From: Armatimonadota bacterium
Lineage (GTDB): Bacteria > Armatimonadota > SYMT01
Length of the DNA: 64,000 nt
Assembly: GCA_041690135.1 (NCBI GenBank)
Contig: JAWLHY010000018.1
Coordinates: 1-64,000 of the forward strand
Direction of reading: 5' to 3'
Made by a program: the position numbers and the translations under genes. The notes under the pieces were generated by a model. The model had not been told where the DNA came from. It searched no databases and was given only the letters and a program-made list of their open reading frames with translations. Every line of letters begins with the position of its first letter. Position 1 is the stretch's first letter. Of this stretch, positions 1 to 8,855 are shown piece after piece.

Positions 1-97
1 GCCCCCTCCCGGCCGTGGTGGGACCGACCAGTACTCCGACCGCGTGACAGATACCCCCGAATGGCTCTGCTCGCTCGCAGATTCGGGGTGAATCATG

Positions 98-146
98 AAC
101 AAGAAAAGGGGCCCGGCGGCAATGCCGCCGGGCCCCTTTTCTTGTT
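98..146. terminator. Bidirectional intrinsic terminator-like perfect inverted repeat
   Basis: AACAAGAAAAGGGGCCCGGCGGC-AAT-GCCGCCGGGCCCCTTTTCTTGTT, with T-rich tails on both strands, 20 nt past the stop of the LysM gene. Confidence 0.85.
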
Positions 147-166
147 GGTTGGTTGGTTGGTGCGTG

Positions 167-2347
167 TTACTTCTTGACCAGGTGTACGGATCCGGAGCGG
201 ACATCATACTCCGCAACCAGATCCAGTGCTTTTTCCAGGAAGGAGATCGGAACGATGGTCCGGCCGCTTTCGATGAAAGCTTCCTTCTCCATCACCACCA
301 CCATCTGATTGACGGTGGCTTCCTTGCTGCCGATCTTGACCTTCACATCCTTCGATTCGGTCGCAGCCCGGACTTCCTGCGTTTCCCCATACCAGACTAC
401 CACGCCACCCGCGTGCTCGAAGATCTGGCGGAACGGCGCCAAGGGCAGGCCGTTCTCGACACGAGGCGCCACATCAAAGGCGACGCGCTGATGGTTCAGG
501 ACCACGTTGAAGCTGCCCGGGATCTTGAGGCTGGCACCCGTTTGGAGGCGCCGGGGGCTGGTGATGCCGTTCGCCACCAGAATCGAACGGGTCGTCACGC
601 GGTACTTCCGGGCAAGTGCCTCGAGGGTTTCCCCCTTGGCGACCCGGTGCTCGCGGTCCCGCGGCATGCGGTCCCGGAGCCGGAAAACCTGCGCGGGGCG
701 CTTACCGTTCTGGTCTGCTTTGGCGTTCGGGTCCACGACCACGATCACCGGTTCTTTGGCTTCGAGCTTCACTTCACCGGGGAGATCCAGCTGCGACGGC
801 TTCTTCGCCACCCGCACCTCCGGCTGCCGGCTGCGGAAGCTAGGGCTAAGCGTCGGGTTCATCTGCGGCACCGGCACCGGTCCGCCGGGCAGCTCTACGT
901 CTTGGGTCGCCCGCATCGGTGTGGTCACCGGAAGATCCACCGAAACGGTGCCCGGAGCCGCCGTGGGAGTGGGCAACCGCGGCGCCGGCGGCGTAAGGCG
1001 GATTTCCGCCTTTGCCATGGCCGGTCCGAGCTTGGGGCGGGCCGGAGGCATGGAAACCTTTCCGGTAAACGCCGGGGTACCAGTGGTGTTTCGGGCGGAA
1101 ACGGTTTGAGGCGACTTCGGGGCCCCGGTGCGACTGGCCGCGGTGGTCGATTTGCCCGGCCGGGTTCCCGGAGTGGAACTGCGGGTTCCCGCCAGGCCGC
1201 TACCGGAAACCTTTCCGGAGATGGTCTGCGGCGCCGTGGTTTTGGCCAGCGACTTGGAAGGGTTGCTGTCCGGCCGATATTGATAAGGAAGCGCGCTCTT
1301 GGAGCCCGCGAGCTTGCCACTGGCATCGCCGCCTACCGGGGCGAACTCTCCGGCAACCGGTGAGCCGGAAGGGCGGATGGCACGGCTGTCCGACCGGGCC
1401 CCCGGCACCCGATCGGTGGTGTCCGGAGCGAGCTCCCCCTTGAGGTTCCCCTTGGCCGGCGTAGGCGCCGTGGCACTGGCGTCGTTCATGCGGCTCGGGC
1501 CCAACGGAATCACCAGCCCGCCCCCCATGTTGCTCTTGATCATATCCGGAGCGCGGAGCGTGAGCGGTGGGGGCAAAGTGGGGTCGCTTCGCCGCGGGAG
1601 CGTGGGGTCTGCCTGCTTCTTTGTCTGCGGACCGTCCGGTCCGGGCCAAACGTTCAGGGTGAGAGAGCGAGACTTGCCGAGGTTCTCCGCCTTGTCAAAT
1701 GCCCAGGCTTCGATGTTGATGGTGCCCGTGCCGGTCTTGGGATCCAGGAAAGGCGCGGTGTCCAGTTCCAGGAGGTAAGGAGGCGTGCTCTTCAGCAGTC
1801 GCACCTGCCGGTTGACGAAGAGGGACACGAGGAGGTTTTGCGTCGTGTTGTCTTCCGCCAGGATATCGATCTTGATCTTGCCGGAAACGTCATCGCCATC
1901 GCGGAACCCGCGGAACTGGACGAGCGGCGGCACCAGGTCCGGCCCGCCGGGCGCGCCGTTGCGGATCGTTACGTCGAGGCCGTCCGTGCCGAGCGCTCCC
2001 CGCATACCCATCGCCACGATCTTGAGCGTGTGATTCCCGTCCGGAATGCTGCGGGTGTCGAGATCGATGTATTGGATGCCCCGTGGCTTCAGCCCGATGT
2101 AGTTCTTGCTGGAATGGATCATGTCGTCCACCAATACGGTGAACGCCGTGATCTTGCTGAAGCCGGCATCATAGGCAACGCTGACGGTGATGCGTCCGGC
2201 AACCAGGCTGTTGGGAAGTGGCGCGGCGACGGCGATCTTTACGGGATCGTCCCCCGGTGCCGCGTGTGCTTCCTCTCCGGCAACTTGCGAGAGAAGCACT
2301 GCGAGGGCGATCGACCAGCCGTGCTTCTCCAGGATATTACGGTGCAT
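167..2347 (-). CDS. Secreted cell-envelope protein: two N-terminal Ig-like domains, Pro/Ser/Thr-rich linker, LysM domain, C-terminal copper-amine-oxidase N-terminal (stalk) domain
   Basis: Signal-peptide-like N-terminus; LysM HRVAKGETLEALARKY..ILVANGI..L..G..LKIP; FDVAPRVENGLPLAPFRQIFEHAGGVVVW stalk motif; RBS GGAGG. Confidence 0.8.
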   Translation of the reverse strand: MHRNILEKHGWSIALAVLLSQVAGEEAHAAPGDDPVKIAVAAPLPNSLVAGRITVSVAYDAGFSKITAFTVLVDDMIHSSKNYIGLKPRGIQYIDLDTRSIPDGNHTLKIVAMGMRGALGTDGLDVTIRNGAPGGPDLVPPLVQFRGFRDGDDVSGKIKIDILAEDNTTQNLLVSLFVNRQVRLLKSTPPYLLELDTAPFLDPKTGTGTINIEAWAFDKAENLGKSRSLTLNVWPGPDGPQTKKQADPTLPRRSDPTLPPPLTLRAPDMIKSNMGGGLVIPLGPSRMNDASATAPTPAKGNLKGELAPDTTDRVPGARSDSRAIRPSGSPVAGEFAPVGGDASGKLAGSKSALPYQYRPDSNPSKSLAKTTAPQTISGKVSGSGLAGTRSSTPGTRPGKSTTAASRTGAPKSPQTVSARNTTGTPAFTGKVSMPPARPKLGPAMAKAEIRLTPPAPRLPTPTAAPGTVSVDLPVTTPMRATQDVELPGGPVPVPQMNPTLSPSFRSRQPEVRVAKKPSQLDLPGEVKLEAKEPVIVVVDPNAKADQNGKRPAQVFRLRDRMPRDREHRVAKGETLEALARKYRVTTRSILVANGITSPRRLQTGASLKIPGSFNVVLNHQRVAFDVAPRVENGLPLAPFRQIFEHAGGVVVWYGETQEVRAATESKDVKVKIGSKEATVNQMVVVMEKEAFIESGRTIVPISFLEKALDLVAEYDVRSGSVHLVKK

Positions 2348-2679
2348 GGACCAACCTCCTGGCGTTTGGGTTTTTCTCAGCGGCAGATGCCGGCTGCGAT
2401 AGCGGAATTCTCTCCGTCTCGGCTACTGGTCGGACCGCTCTGTTCGCGGGGCCACGGTAGTGGCGCGCACCTGGGTCCGGAAGCTGCGTTGACGGGCTTA
2501 GGGGGCTCTGTTAGGATGGCGCGTGTTACGACGTTTGACGAGCCCTCGCTGGAAGGTGTTCCCTGCTCGTCCAGTAAACTCCTGCCCGTTGAGCGGCCTA
2601 GCAAGAGAAATTTTCTTTTTTTGCAGCGATCCCGGCTTCGCTCCTGCCTGCCGACGGTCGCCGGCGCCGGAATCCGAGC

Positions 2680-3471
2680 ATGACACCACGGAATCCGAAG
2701 CGGAAATCAGCCGCTCCCCGGCTGCCGCGGTTCAGCCCCACGCGCATCTCGCTCTACCTTTTCTGCCCGCGCGCCTATCACCTGTACTATGATCGGGGCC
2801 TGAAGTGGAGCAGCATCACCTCGGGGCACCTGCTTGGGGGGCATCTGCACCGGGCTCTGCAGACCTTCCACGAACGGGGTGGTGCGGCGGAAGTGCCGGT
2901 CGATCAATTGATTGCCGAGCTCCGCGAGCGGTGGAAGGAAGCCGGGTTCAACTCACCGGAAGAGGCGGCCGCTCAACTGGAAGTCGGGGAGCAGCTCCTC
3001 TCCCGATATCATGCGTCGGCTCCCGAGCCAGGCCGCGTTACCCTGTGGACCGAGAAAACGGTCCAACATCGCTACGCCGACTTTGTTCTCTTCGGCAAAC
3101 TGGACCGGCTGGACCGCCGTCCCGACGGGGCGTTGGAGGTCATCGACTACAAGTCGGGCCGGCTCAAAGTAGCCGAAGAGGAGGTGCGCGGCAGCCTGGC
3201 GATGAGCATCTACCAACTGCTGGTCGCGCGGCAAAATCCCGGCGAGCGTGTCTATGCCAGTATTCACTGTTTGCGGTCAGGGGAGAGCGCCACGATCCTG
3301 CGTACACCGGAGGAATTGGATGAGTTCGAGCGTGAGGTCGGGGAAGTCGTGCGAAACATTCTCCAGGACCGTGAAATGCGGGCTCGTCCCGGCGAGCAGT
3401 GCCGCGAGTGCGTCTATCCGCGCGTCTGCCCACCGGGGCGAGAGTGGCTACGTACGCATCCACAGCGGTGA
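2680..3471 (+). CDS. PD-(D/E)XK (RecB-like) nuclease with four Cys (putative Fe-S staple)
   Basis: FSPTRI..CPRAY; GKLDRLD; VIDYKSG; C-terminal CRECVYPRVC. Confidence 0.85.
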   Translation: MTPRNPKRKSAAPRLPRFSPTRISLYLFCPRAYHLYYDRGLKWSSITSGHLLGGHLHRALQTFHERGGAAEVPVDQLIAELRERWKEAGFNSPEEAAAQLEVGEQLLSRYHASAPEPGRVTLWTEKTVQHRYADFVLFGKLDRLDRRPDGALEVIDYKSGRLKVAEEEVRGSLAMSIYQLLVARQNPGERVYASIHCLRSGESATILRTPEELDEFEREVGEVVRNILQDREMRARPGEQCRECVYPRVCPPGREWLRTHPQR

Positions 3472-4370
3472 CCGGTCCGTTCCTAACGGGTGAGAACTCG
3501 GATCGTAGCTTTTCTTTGCAGGCGGAGGCAGTGTTGTTGCGATTGTGGCTGGAGCGGATGGTCCCGCCCGGACCCTGGCACGACGGCATGGTGGACGTAG
3601 CGGAGGTCGGTTTGACCTTCCTCCTGATCCTCGTCCTTTTCTTTGTGCTGCGGGTGTTGATGCTTCACGGCCTCAACGTAGTGATGCGCCCCTTGATGGC
3701 AGCCGCCCGGCGGGAGGGCGAGAGCAGCGTGGCCCGGGTCCGAACGCTGGAAGGACTGGCACGCAGTGTGTTGGGCTATGCGCTCATGTTCCTGGCCGCT
3801 ATTACTCTCCTGGACCAGCTCGGAGTGAATGTGGCGACCCTGATTGCCGGCGCCGGGGTAGCGGGGTTGGCGCTCAGCTTCGGCGCGCAGAGATTGGTCC
3901 GCGATGTGTTGACCGGTTTCTTTCTATTGCTCGAGGACCAATTCCGGGTGGGGGAGATGGTGACGTTGATGGGAATCCCCGGCGCGGGGCAGCTCATCGG
4001 GACCATCGAGGACATTGGTTTGAGAATTACTCGGCTTACGGACACTTCCGGCAAGCATGTCATCGTAAACAATGGCGATATCGGTGCGGTGGTAAACCAC
4101 AGCCGGGGGCCGATTCTGGCTACGGTCGACCTGGGAGTAGCCCCGGAACACTCTTTAGACAAGGTGCGCGAGGCGGTGGAGAAGGCCGATCTTCCAGCCA
4201 CGCTGTTTACGGGAGAGCCCAGCGTCCAGGGCGTGGCCGCTCTTGAAGCGGCAAAGATGGTGGTCCGGATCTCGGCGCGTTCACGGCCCGGTCGGACGAC
4301 GGAAGCGGAACTGGTGCTCCGGCAGGCGGCCGCGCAGGCGTTGCGGGCCGCGGAAATTGAAATCAAGTGA
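3468..4370 (+). CDS. mscS: Small-conductance mechanosensitive channel (MscS family); start uncertain
   Basis: AGAGVAGLALSFGAQRLVRDVLTGFFLLLEDQFRVGE; GTG start overlaps the upstream TGA. Confidence 0.85.
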   Translation: MTGPFLTGENSDRSFSLQAEAVLLRLWLERMVPPGPWHDGMVDVAEVGLTFLLILVLFFVLRVLMLHGLNVVMRPLMAAARREGESSVARVRTLEGLARSVLGYALMFLAAITLLDQLGVNVATLIAGAGVAGLALSFGAQRLVRDVLTGFFLLLEDQFRVGEMVTLMGIPGAGQLIGTIEDIGLRITRLTDTSGKHVIVNNGDIGAVVNHSRGPILATVDLGVAPEHSLDKVREAVEKADLPATLFTGEPSVQGVAALEAAKMVVRISARSRPGRTTEAELVLRQAAAQALRAAEIEIK

Positions 4371-5938
4371 CTGCGTTTCCGACACTCTTTCAGAACGGTT
4401 GTTTCTGGACCCTCGAAACGGGCCGGCCCGATGCTTGCGGACTGCTGGCACGGGGCGGTCGGATCGAGCGCGTTTTCTTCGCTTCCGAAGAACTTCGCGC
4501 CTATCGAGAGGGGCTGCTGCGGTTGTATGGAAGCGACCTGAAAGTCGTGGATCTGGAAGGCCGTACGGCGGTGCCGGGTCCGGTGGATGCGCACTGCCAC
4601 CTGGTCTCATACGGGATGATTCGATCTCGCGAGGCCGACCTCCGGAAGTGTGCGTCGCTGGATGATCTGCGACGGCGCCTCCGGGAGCACGCGGAACGGA
4701 GCAGGGTCCGTCCGGATGACCAGCGGTGGCTGCTGGGCCGCGGGTTTGAGCAGGATTTTCTGGCGGAACGCCGCTGGCCAACGCGCCAGGATCTGGATGC
4801 CGTCGCGCCGGACGTTCCGGTAAGGATTACGCGGGTCTGCGGGCACGCGTTGGTGGCGAATACGGCGGCGCTCTGTGCGGCCGGGCTGGACCCCTCTTAT
4901 CAGGAGCCGGGTTTGCCGGAAGGGGTAGTCACCGAGCAACGGATGGCCCCCGTCTACCAGGCGATCCCGGAACCGGATCACGCCGAGTGGGTGAACGCGG
5001 CGCGCTGGGCATGCGAAGAGGCGGCGCGAGTGGGTTTCGTGGGGGTACACTCCCTGATGGCCCATGAGCGGGAGATACGTGCCCTTCTCGATCTCCAACG
5101 CGAGGGCCCCCTCCCCATCCGCGTGACGATGCAACTCCCCTTCTCGCTGCTCGAGCCGGCGGCGGCCGCGGGTTTTCGCACCGGTTTCGGCGACGATTAC
5201 CTGCGGATCGGAGCGATCAAGCTCTTCAGCGACGGTTCCTTGGGAGCCCGAACGGCAGCATTGCAGGAGCCCTACACGGATGCCCCGGACACCTCGGGTG
5301 AACTGATCCTCGAGCCGGACGAGCTGGCCCGGCGGGTGCGCCGGACGTATGAGGCCGGATTCCAGAGTTGCGTGCACGCTATCGGCGATCGGGCGATGCA
5401 GGTGACGCTCGATGCCTTCGCGGCGGCGCCTCTCGATAAAGGTGCTCCGCCGCGTATTGAGCACGCTTCGCTGGTCGATGCCGCGATCGTTCGCCGGATG
5501 CAGGCACTGGGCGTGGGGGCCGCGATCCAGCCGCAGTTTGCGCGCTCGGACTATTGGGCTCCGGATCGGCTGGGAGCGGATCGAGCTCGGGGCTGCTATG
5601 CATTCCGGACGCTCTGGGAAGCCGGAATTCCCCTGGCAGGCAGTACGGACTGTCCCGTGGAATCCCTGGACGCGCTCGCCGCGATAGGGCAGCTGGTGTG
5701 CCGTCCGGAGTGGTCCCCCGATGAGGGGCTGCCACTCGCGACAGTGCTCCGGGTTTTTAGTGAGGGGAGTTACCAACTGCTCGGGATGCGCCCGGAATCC
5801 GGACAGATGGGGCCCGGCGGCTTTGCGGACTTCCTGGTCCTGGAGCAGGACCCGCGAGGCATGGAAGCTTGCGCCATAGAGGAGATTTCGGTTTCGGCTA
5901 CGATTGTGGGCGGGCATCTCTCCTGGCCCGCCTGCTAA
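4367..5938 (+). CDS. Metal-dependent amidohydrolase (YtcJ / Amidohydro_3-like)
   Basis: PGPVDAHCH, KLFSDGSLGARTA, HAIGDRA, RIEHAS, GSTDCP motifs. Confidence 0.9.
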   Translation: MTAFPTLFQNGCFWTLETGRPDACGLLARGGRIERVFFASEELRAYREGLLRLYGSDLKVVDLEGRTAVPGPVDAHCHLVSYGMIRSREADLRKCASLDDLRRRLREHAERSRVRPDDQRWLLGRGFEQDFLAERRWPTRQDLDAVAPDVPVRITRVCGHALVANTAALCAAGLDPSYQEPGLPEGVVTEQRMAPVYQAIPEPDHAEWVNAARWACEEAARVGFVGVHSLMAHEREIRALLDLQREGPLPIRVTMQLPFSLLEPAAAAGFRTGFGDDYLRIGAIKLFSDGSLGARTAALQEPYTDAPDTSGELILEPDELARRVRRTYEAGFQSCVHAIGDRAMQVTLDAFAAAPLDKGAPPRIEHASLVDAAIVRRMQALGVGAAIQPQFARSDYWAPDRLGADRARGCYAFRTLWEAGIPLAGSTDCPVESLDALAAIGQLVCRPEWSPDEGLPLATVLRVFSEGSYQLLGMRPESGQMGPGGFADFLVLEQDPRGMEACAIEEISVSATIVGGHLSWPAC

Positions 5939-6071
5939 GGCGTGGCACATGAGAGTGTCGACCGGCAAATAGTAGGTAACCCTGGCTGACGGGTGCCATT
6001 GGACGGAAGTATCCGACAATCCGGGGAGGAATTTGTGCGCAAAGGTCAACCGGTCGTAGGGCAAGGGAAAG

Positions 6072-6100
6072 TTGCCAATAGACCCAGGGGTTTATATAAT
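6072..6100 (+). promoter_or_regulatory. Sigma70-type promoter upstream of sigH
   Basis: TTGCCA (6072-6077), 17 nt spacer, TATAAT (6095-6100). Confidence 0.7.
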
Positions 6101-6443
6101 TCGTTTTAGTCGCAGCCTGGCAAGCCCCATCATTCGAATGGAACCTGCGCAGGTGTTCGAAAGGTCCTTGTCTCCGTTCACGCGGAGAAAGTGTGACAAC
6201 TCCTCCCGTCCGGAGGGTCCGCGACGGTTTCCGCAATACTCACCACGCTGGCACGATCTTCAGGCAAGCACCGTTCCGCAGCCCGTGAGCTGCAGCTCTC
6301 ATCCCTTTAGTCCTTTTCTGGCTGTAGTGTTCGAGTTCGGCTGTCGCGCGGGTGCGCCGGCCGCAGTTTACCTGATCCACCGTGACCGGGCCGCTCGGCC
6401 CAGCATCTAGTACGTTTGCTTTTAGCTTTACCGAGGAGGCGGC

Positions 6444-7136
6444 GTGAGAAGCCTGGTAGATCTCACCGACGAGTCAATGGTTGGAGTGGTCTGGTCGCGT
6501 TACGCGGAAATGACCGACTCCGACATCGTGGCCCGGGCTCAGCGCGGATATGAGGACGCTGCGGAGCACCTGCTCTACAAGTACCGTAACCTGGTTCGAT
6601 CGAAGGTTAAATCTTACTTCCTGGTGGGTGCGGAGCGTGAAGACCTCCTGCAGGTAGGTATGATCGGCCTCTGGCAGGCCATTGTGGATTACAAGCCAGC
6701 GAAAGCGACTTCCTTCCCCGCTTTTGCCAAGGTCTGTATCCACCGGCACATCATCACCGCCATCAAGGCCGCAACCCGCCAGAAGCAGCTTCCCCTCAAC
6801 ACCTCCCTGTCCCTGGAGGTTCCTTCCGAGGACGAGTTCTCCGATTGGAGCATGTCGGACATCATTCAGGGGGATGACACGTCCGACCCGGAAGAGTTGG
6901 TGATCCAGGCCGAAGACACGCAGGCTCGGCAGGAGATGCTTCAGCAACTCCTCAGTGAGTTCGAGTGGCGGGTGCTGGCGGGGTATCAGCTCGGAAAGTC
7001 TTACCGGGAAATTGCCGACGAGCTGCGCTGCAAAACCAAGTCCGTGGATAACGCGCTGGCCCGCATCAAGCGGAAGGTCTCCAAGGCCTCGCTGGACGGC
7101 GAGATCGAGGGCCTGGAATTTCTGCTGGACGTGTAA
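6444..7136 (+). CDS. sigH: RNA polymerase sigma factor, SigH (sigma-30) family
   Basis: YFLVGAEREDLLQVGMIGL..AI.DY; ITAIKAATRQKQLPLN; KSVDNALARIKRK; RBS GAGGAGG. Confidence 0.9.
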   Translation: MRSLVDLTDESMVGVVWSRYAEMTDSDIVARAQRGYEDAAEHLLYKYRNLVRSKVKSYFLVGAEREDLLQVGMIGLWQAIVDYKPAKATSFPAFAKVCIHRHIITAIKAATRQKQLPLNTSLSLEVPSEDEFSDWSMSDIIQGDDTSDPEELVIQAEDTQARQEMLQQLLSEFEWRVLAGYQLGKSYREIADELRCKTKSVDNALARIKRKVSKASLDGEIEGLEFLLDV

Positions 7137-7972
7137 GCCGACCTGAGAGGGAGCCGTGGGACGCTCTTTGCTGCCCCGACGATCGCTCCCCTCTCACTCA
7201 CCGGGCGACGTCCCCTCTTTTCGGATGGAGTTGCTCCCGCTGCGGTCGAGAATTTGGGACCGAGGACGGCATCCTCGAGTTGATGCCCTCCCCGGGCCGG
7301 GACGCGCCCGTAGAGGAAGCGGAACGGGCTACTGAGCGGGAGCGGCGCGACCGGGAGGCAACGAGCTACGATCGGTTGCTGGGCCTGCGCCTTCTCTCGC
7401 GCTTTGAACTGCCCGCAACGCTCCGGCCGTTCGCCCTGGACGGGGGCGCGCGGGTCGTGGAGGTGGGAGCGGGCACCGGGCGGGTGACGTTACCCCTGGT
7501 CGAGAGCGGCGCGCAGGTGATTGCGCTGGATCATTCGCGTGCTTCGCTTCGGGTTCTCGCGACCAAACTTCCGGCCGATTGTCGCGGACGCGTTGTTCTC
7601 ATTCAGGGCGATGCGACCCGAATACCGGTTGTGGATGCCTGGGCGACCCACGCTGTCGGCTGCCAGGTAGTGGAGCACCTTCCTTCGGAACGCCTTCGCC
7701 GCCGCCTTGTTCACGAACTTTCGCGGGTCTTAAAGCCGGGCGGGCGGTTGGCTCTCTCCGGGTATCGCCATTACCCCGGGCTGGAGAGACTGTTGCCCCG
7801 CGAAGGCCGCCACTCCGGCGCTATTTTCTTCCACCGGTTCGAACGGCAGGAGTTCCAGAGCCTGTTGGATCCTTCCCTTGAAATCGAGCGCCTGACCGGA
7901 ATTCTCCTCTATATCTGGCTGGCCCATTGCCGGAAGCGGACGCTTGGGTCACCGCCGGATGGCGCGGAATAG
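7118..7972 (+). CDS. Trm112-like zinc-ribbon fused to class I SAM-dependent methyltransferase; start uncertain (first canonical start is TTG 7280)
   Basis: VVEVGAGTG motif I and RVLKPGG; the same open frame upstream of 7280 encodes LCCPDDRSPL..WSCSRCGREF..EDGILEL. Confidence 0.7.
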   Translation: MSAGRVSRPEREPWDALCCPDDRSPLTHRATSPLFGWSCSRCGREFGTEDGILELMPSPGRDAPVEEAERATERERRDREATSYDRLLGLRLLSRFELPATLRPFALDGGARVVEVGAGTGRVTLPLVESGAQVIALDHSRASLRVLATKLPADCRGRVVLIQGDATRIPVVDAWATHAVGCQVVEHLPSERLRRRLVHELSRVLKPGGRLALSGYRHYPGLERLLPREGRHSGAIFFHRFERQEFQSLLDPSLEIERLTGILLYIWLAHCRKRTLGSPPDGAE

Positions 7973-8070
7973 CTGATCCGTGGAACTTTGAGCCCTTGAA
8001 ATGGCGAAATATCTGTTGTAGCCTATTGCGGCCCACTTAAAACCTATTTCCTTATCTTTTCTATTTTCCT

Positions 8071-8649
8071 ATGCAAGACGTCACCGGCCTCCCGGCCACG
8101 AATCTTACCCTGGATGGCGAAGAGCTTACCCGCGGAGTCCGTCGGGCTCCTGGTCGCCTGTGGCAATGGAGCCAGACTTTCATGGGCGCCACCGCGTTGT
8201 TCCTCGCGGCGCAAACGTTTCTGGTACAGGGTTACCAGGTATACGGCGCCTGCATGGAACCCAACGTTTGCACGGGCGAGCGGCTGCTGGGAAGCAAGGT
8301 GGCCGTGGTGAGCGGTATTCACCGGGGGGATATCGTCGTCTTCCGGCCGCCCCATCGCCCCGAAACCACCTTCATCAAGCGGGTGGTCGGCCTTCCAGGG
8401 GAGATCCTGGAGATCCGCAATAACCAGGTGTACGTGAACGGGAGTCGCCTTACCGAGCCGTACTTGCAGCGGAAGTGGCACGACGACCGCCCGCCGGAGC
8501 GGATTCCGGCCGGCATGGTCTACGTGATGGGCGACAATCGCGATAACAGCAACGACAGCCGTATTTGGGGCGAACTGCCGATCAAGAATATCCAGGCGAA
8601 GGCCTGGCTGCGCTACTGGCCGCTGGGGCGGATGGAACTGCTTCACTAG
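8071..8649 (+). CDS. lepB: Signal peptidase I (S26) with Cys at the catalytic Ser position
   Basis: One TM segment; V.GACMEPN box; RGDIVVF; FIKRVVGLPGE; MGDNRDNSNDSR.WG. Confidence 0.85.
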   Translation: MQDVTGLPATNLTLDGEELTRGVRRAPGRLWQWSQTFMGATALFLAAQTFLVQGYQVYGACMEPNVCTGERLLGSKVAVVSGIHRGDIVVFRPPHRPETTFIKRVVGLPGEILEIRNNQVYVNGSRLTEPYLQRKWHDDRPPERIPAGMVYVMGDNRDNSNDSRIWGELPIKNIQAKAWLRYWPLGRMELLH

Positions 8650-8711
8650 ACACCGCAACTCTCCCCGGTACCTTAACCGCTGGCAGTCTGTTAATTCATC
8701 GGAATGGCGCA

Positions 8712-8745
8712 CGGCCCGATCCCTCCTTTGCGAGGGATCGGGCCG
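8712..8745. terminator. GC-rich 14-bp hairpin after lepB (no U tract)
   Basis: CGGCCCGATCCCTC-CTTTGC-GAGGGATCGGGCCG. Confidence 0.5.
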
Positions 8746-8855
8746 ATTCACTCAGGCGGGGTGTTTACCGCGCAAGACGGAGTTTGTTCTCCTGGGGTCC
8801 GTGCGATAACGGCATTAGAAGAGGAAATTTCGAAGAAGGTTTTGAGGTAAGCGGA

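Noticed and set aside
2680-3471. Cas4 / CRISPR-Cas locus
   Set aside because: No repeat-spacer array and no other cas genes in the window; the motifs fit a generic RecB-like nuclease.
95-6064. Long antisense or alternate-frame ORFs (e.g. 95-1363, 4607-6064; similarly 8880-10289, 13545-14834, 44664-46115)
   Set aside because: Shadow ORFs of high-GC coding sequence overlapping well-supported genes; no recognisable motifs.
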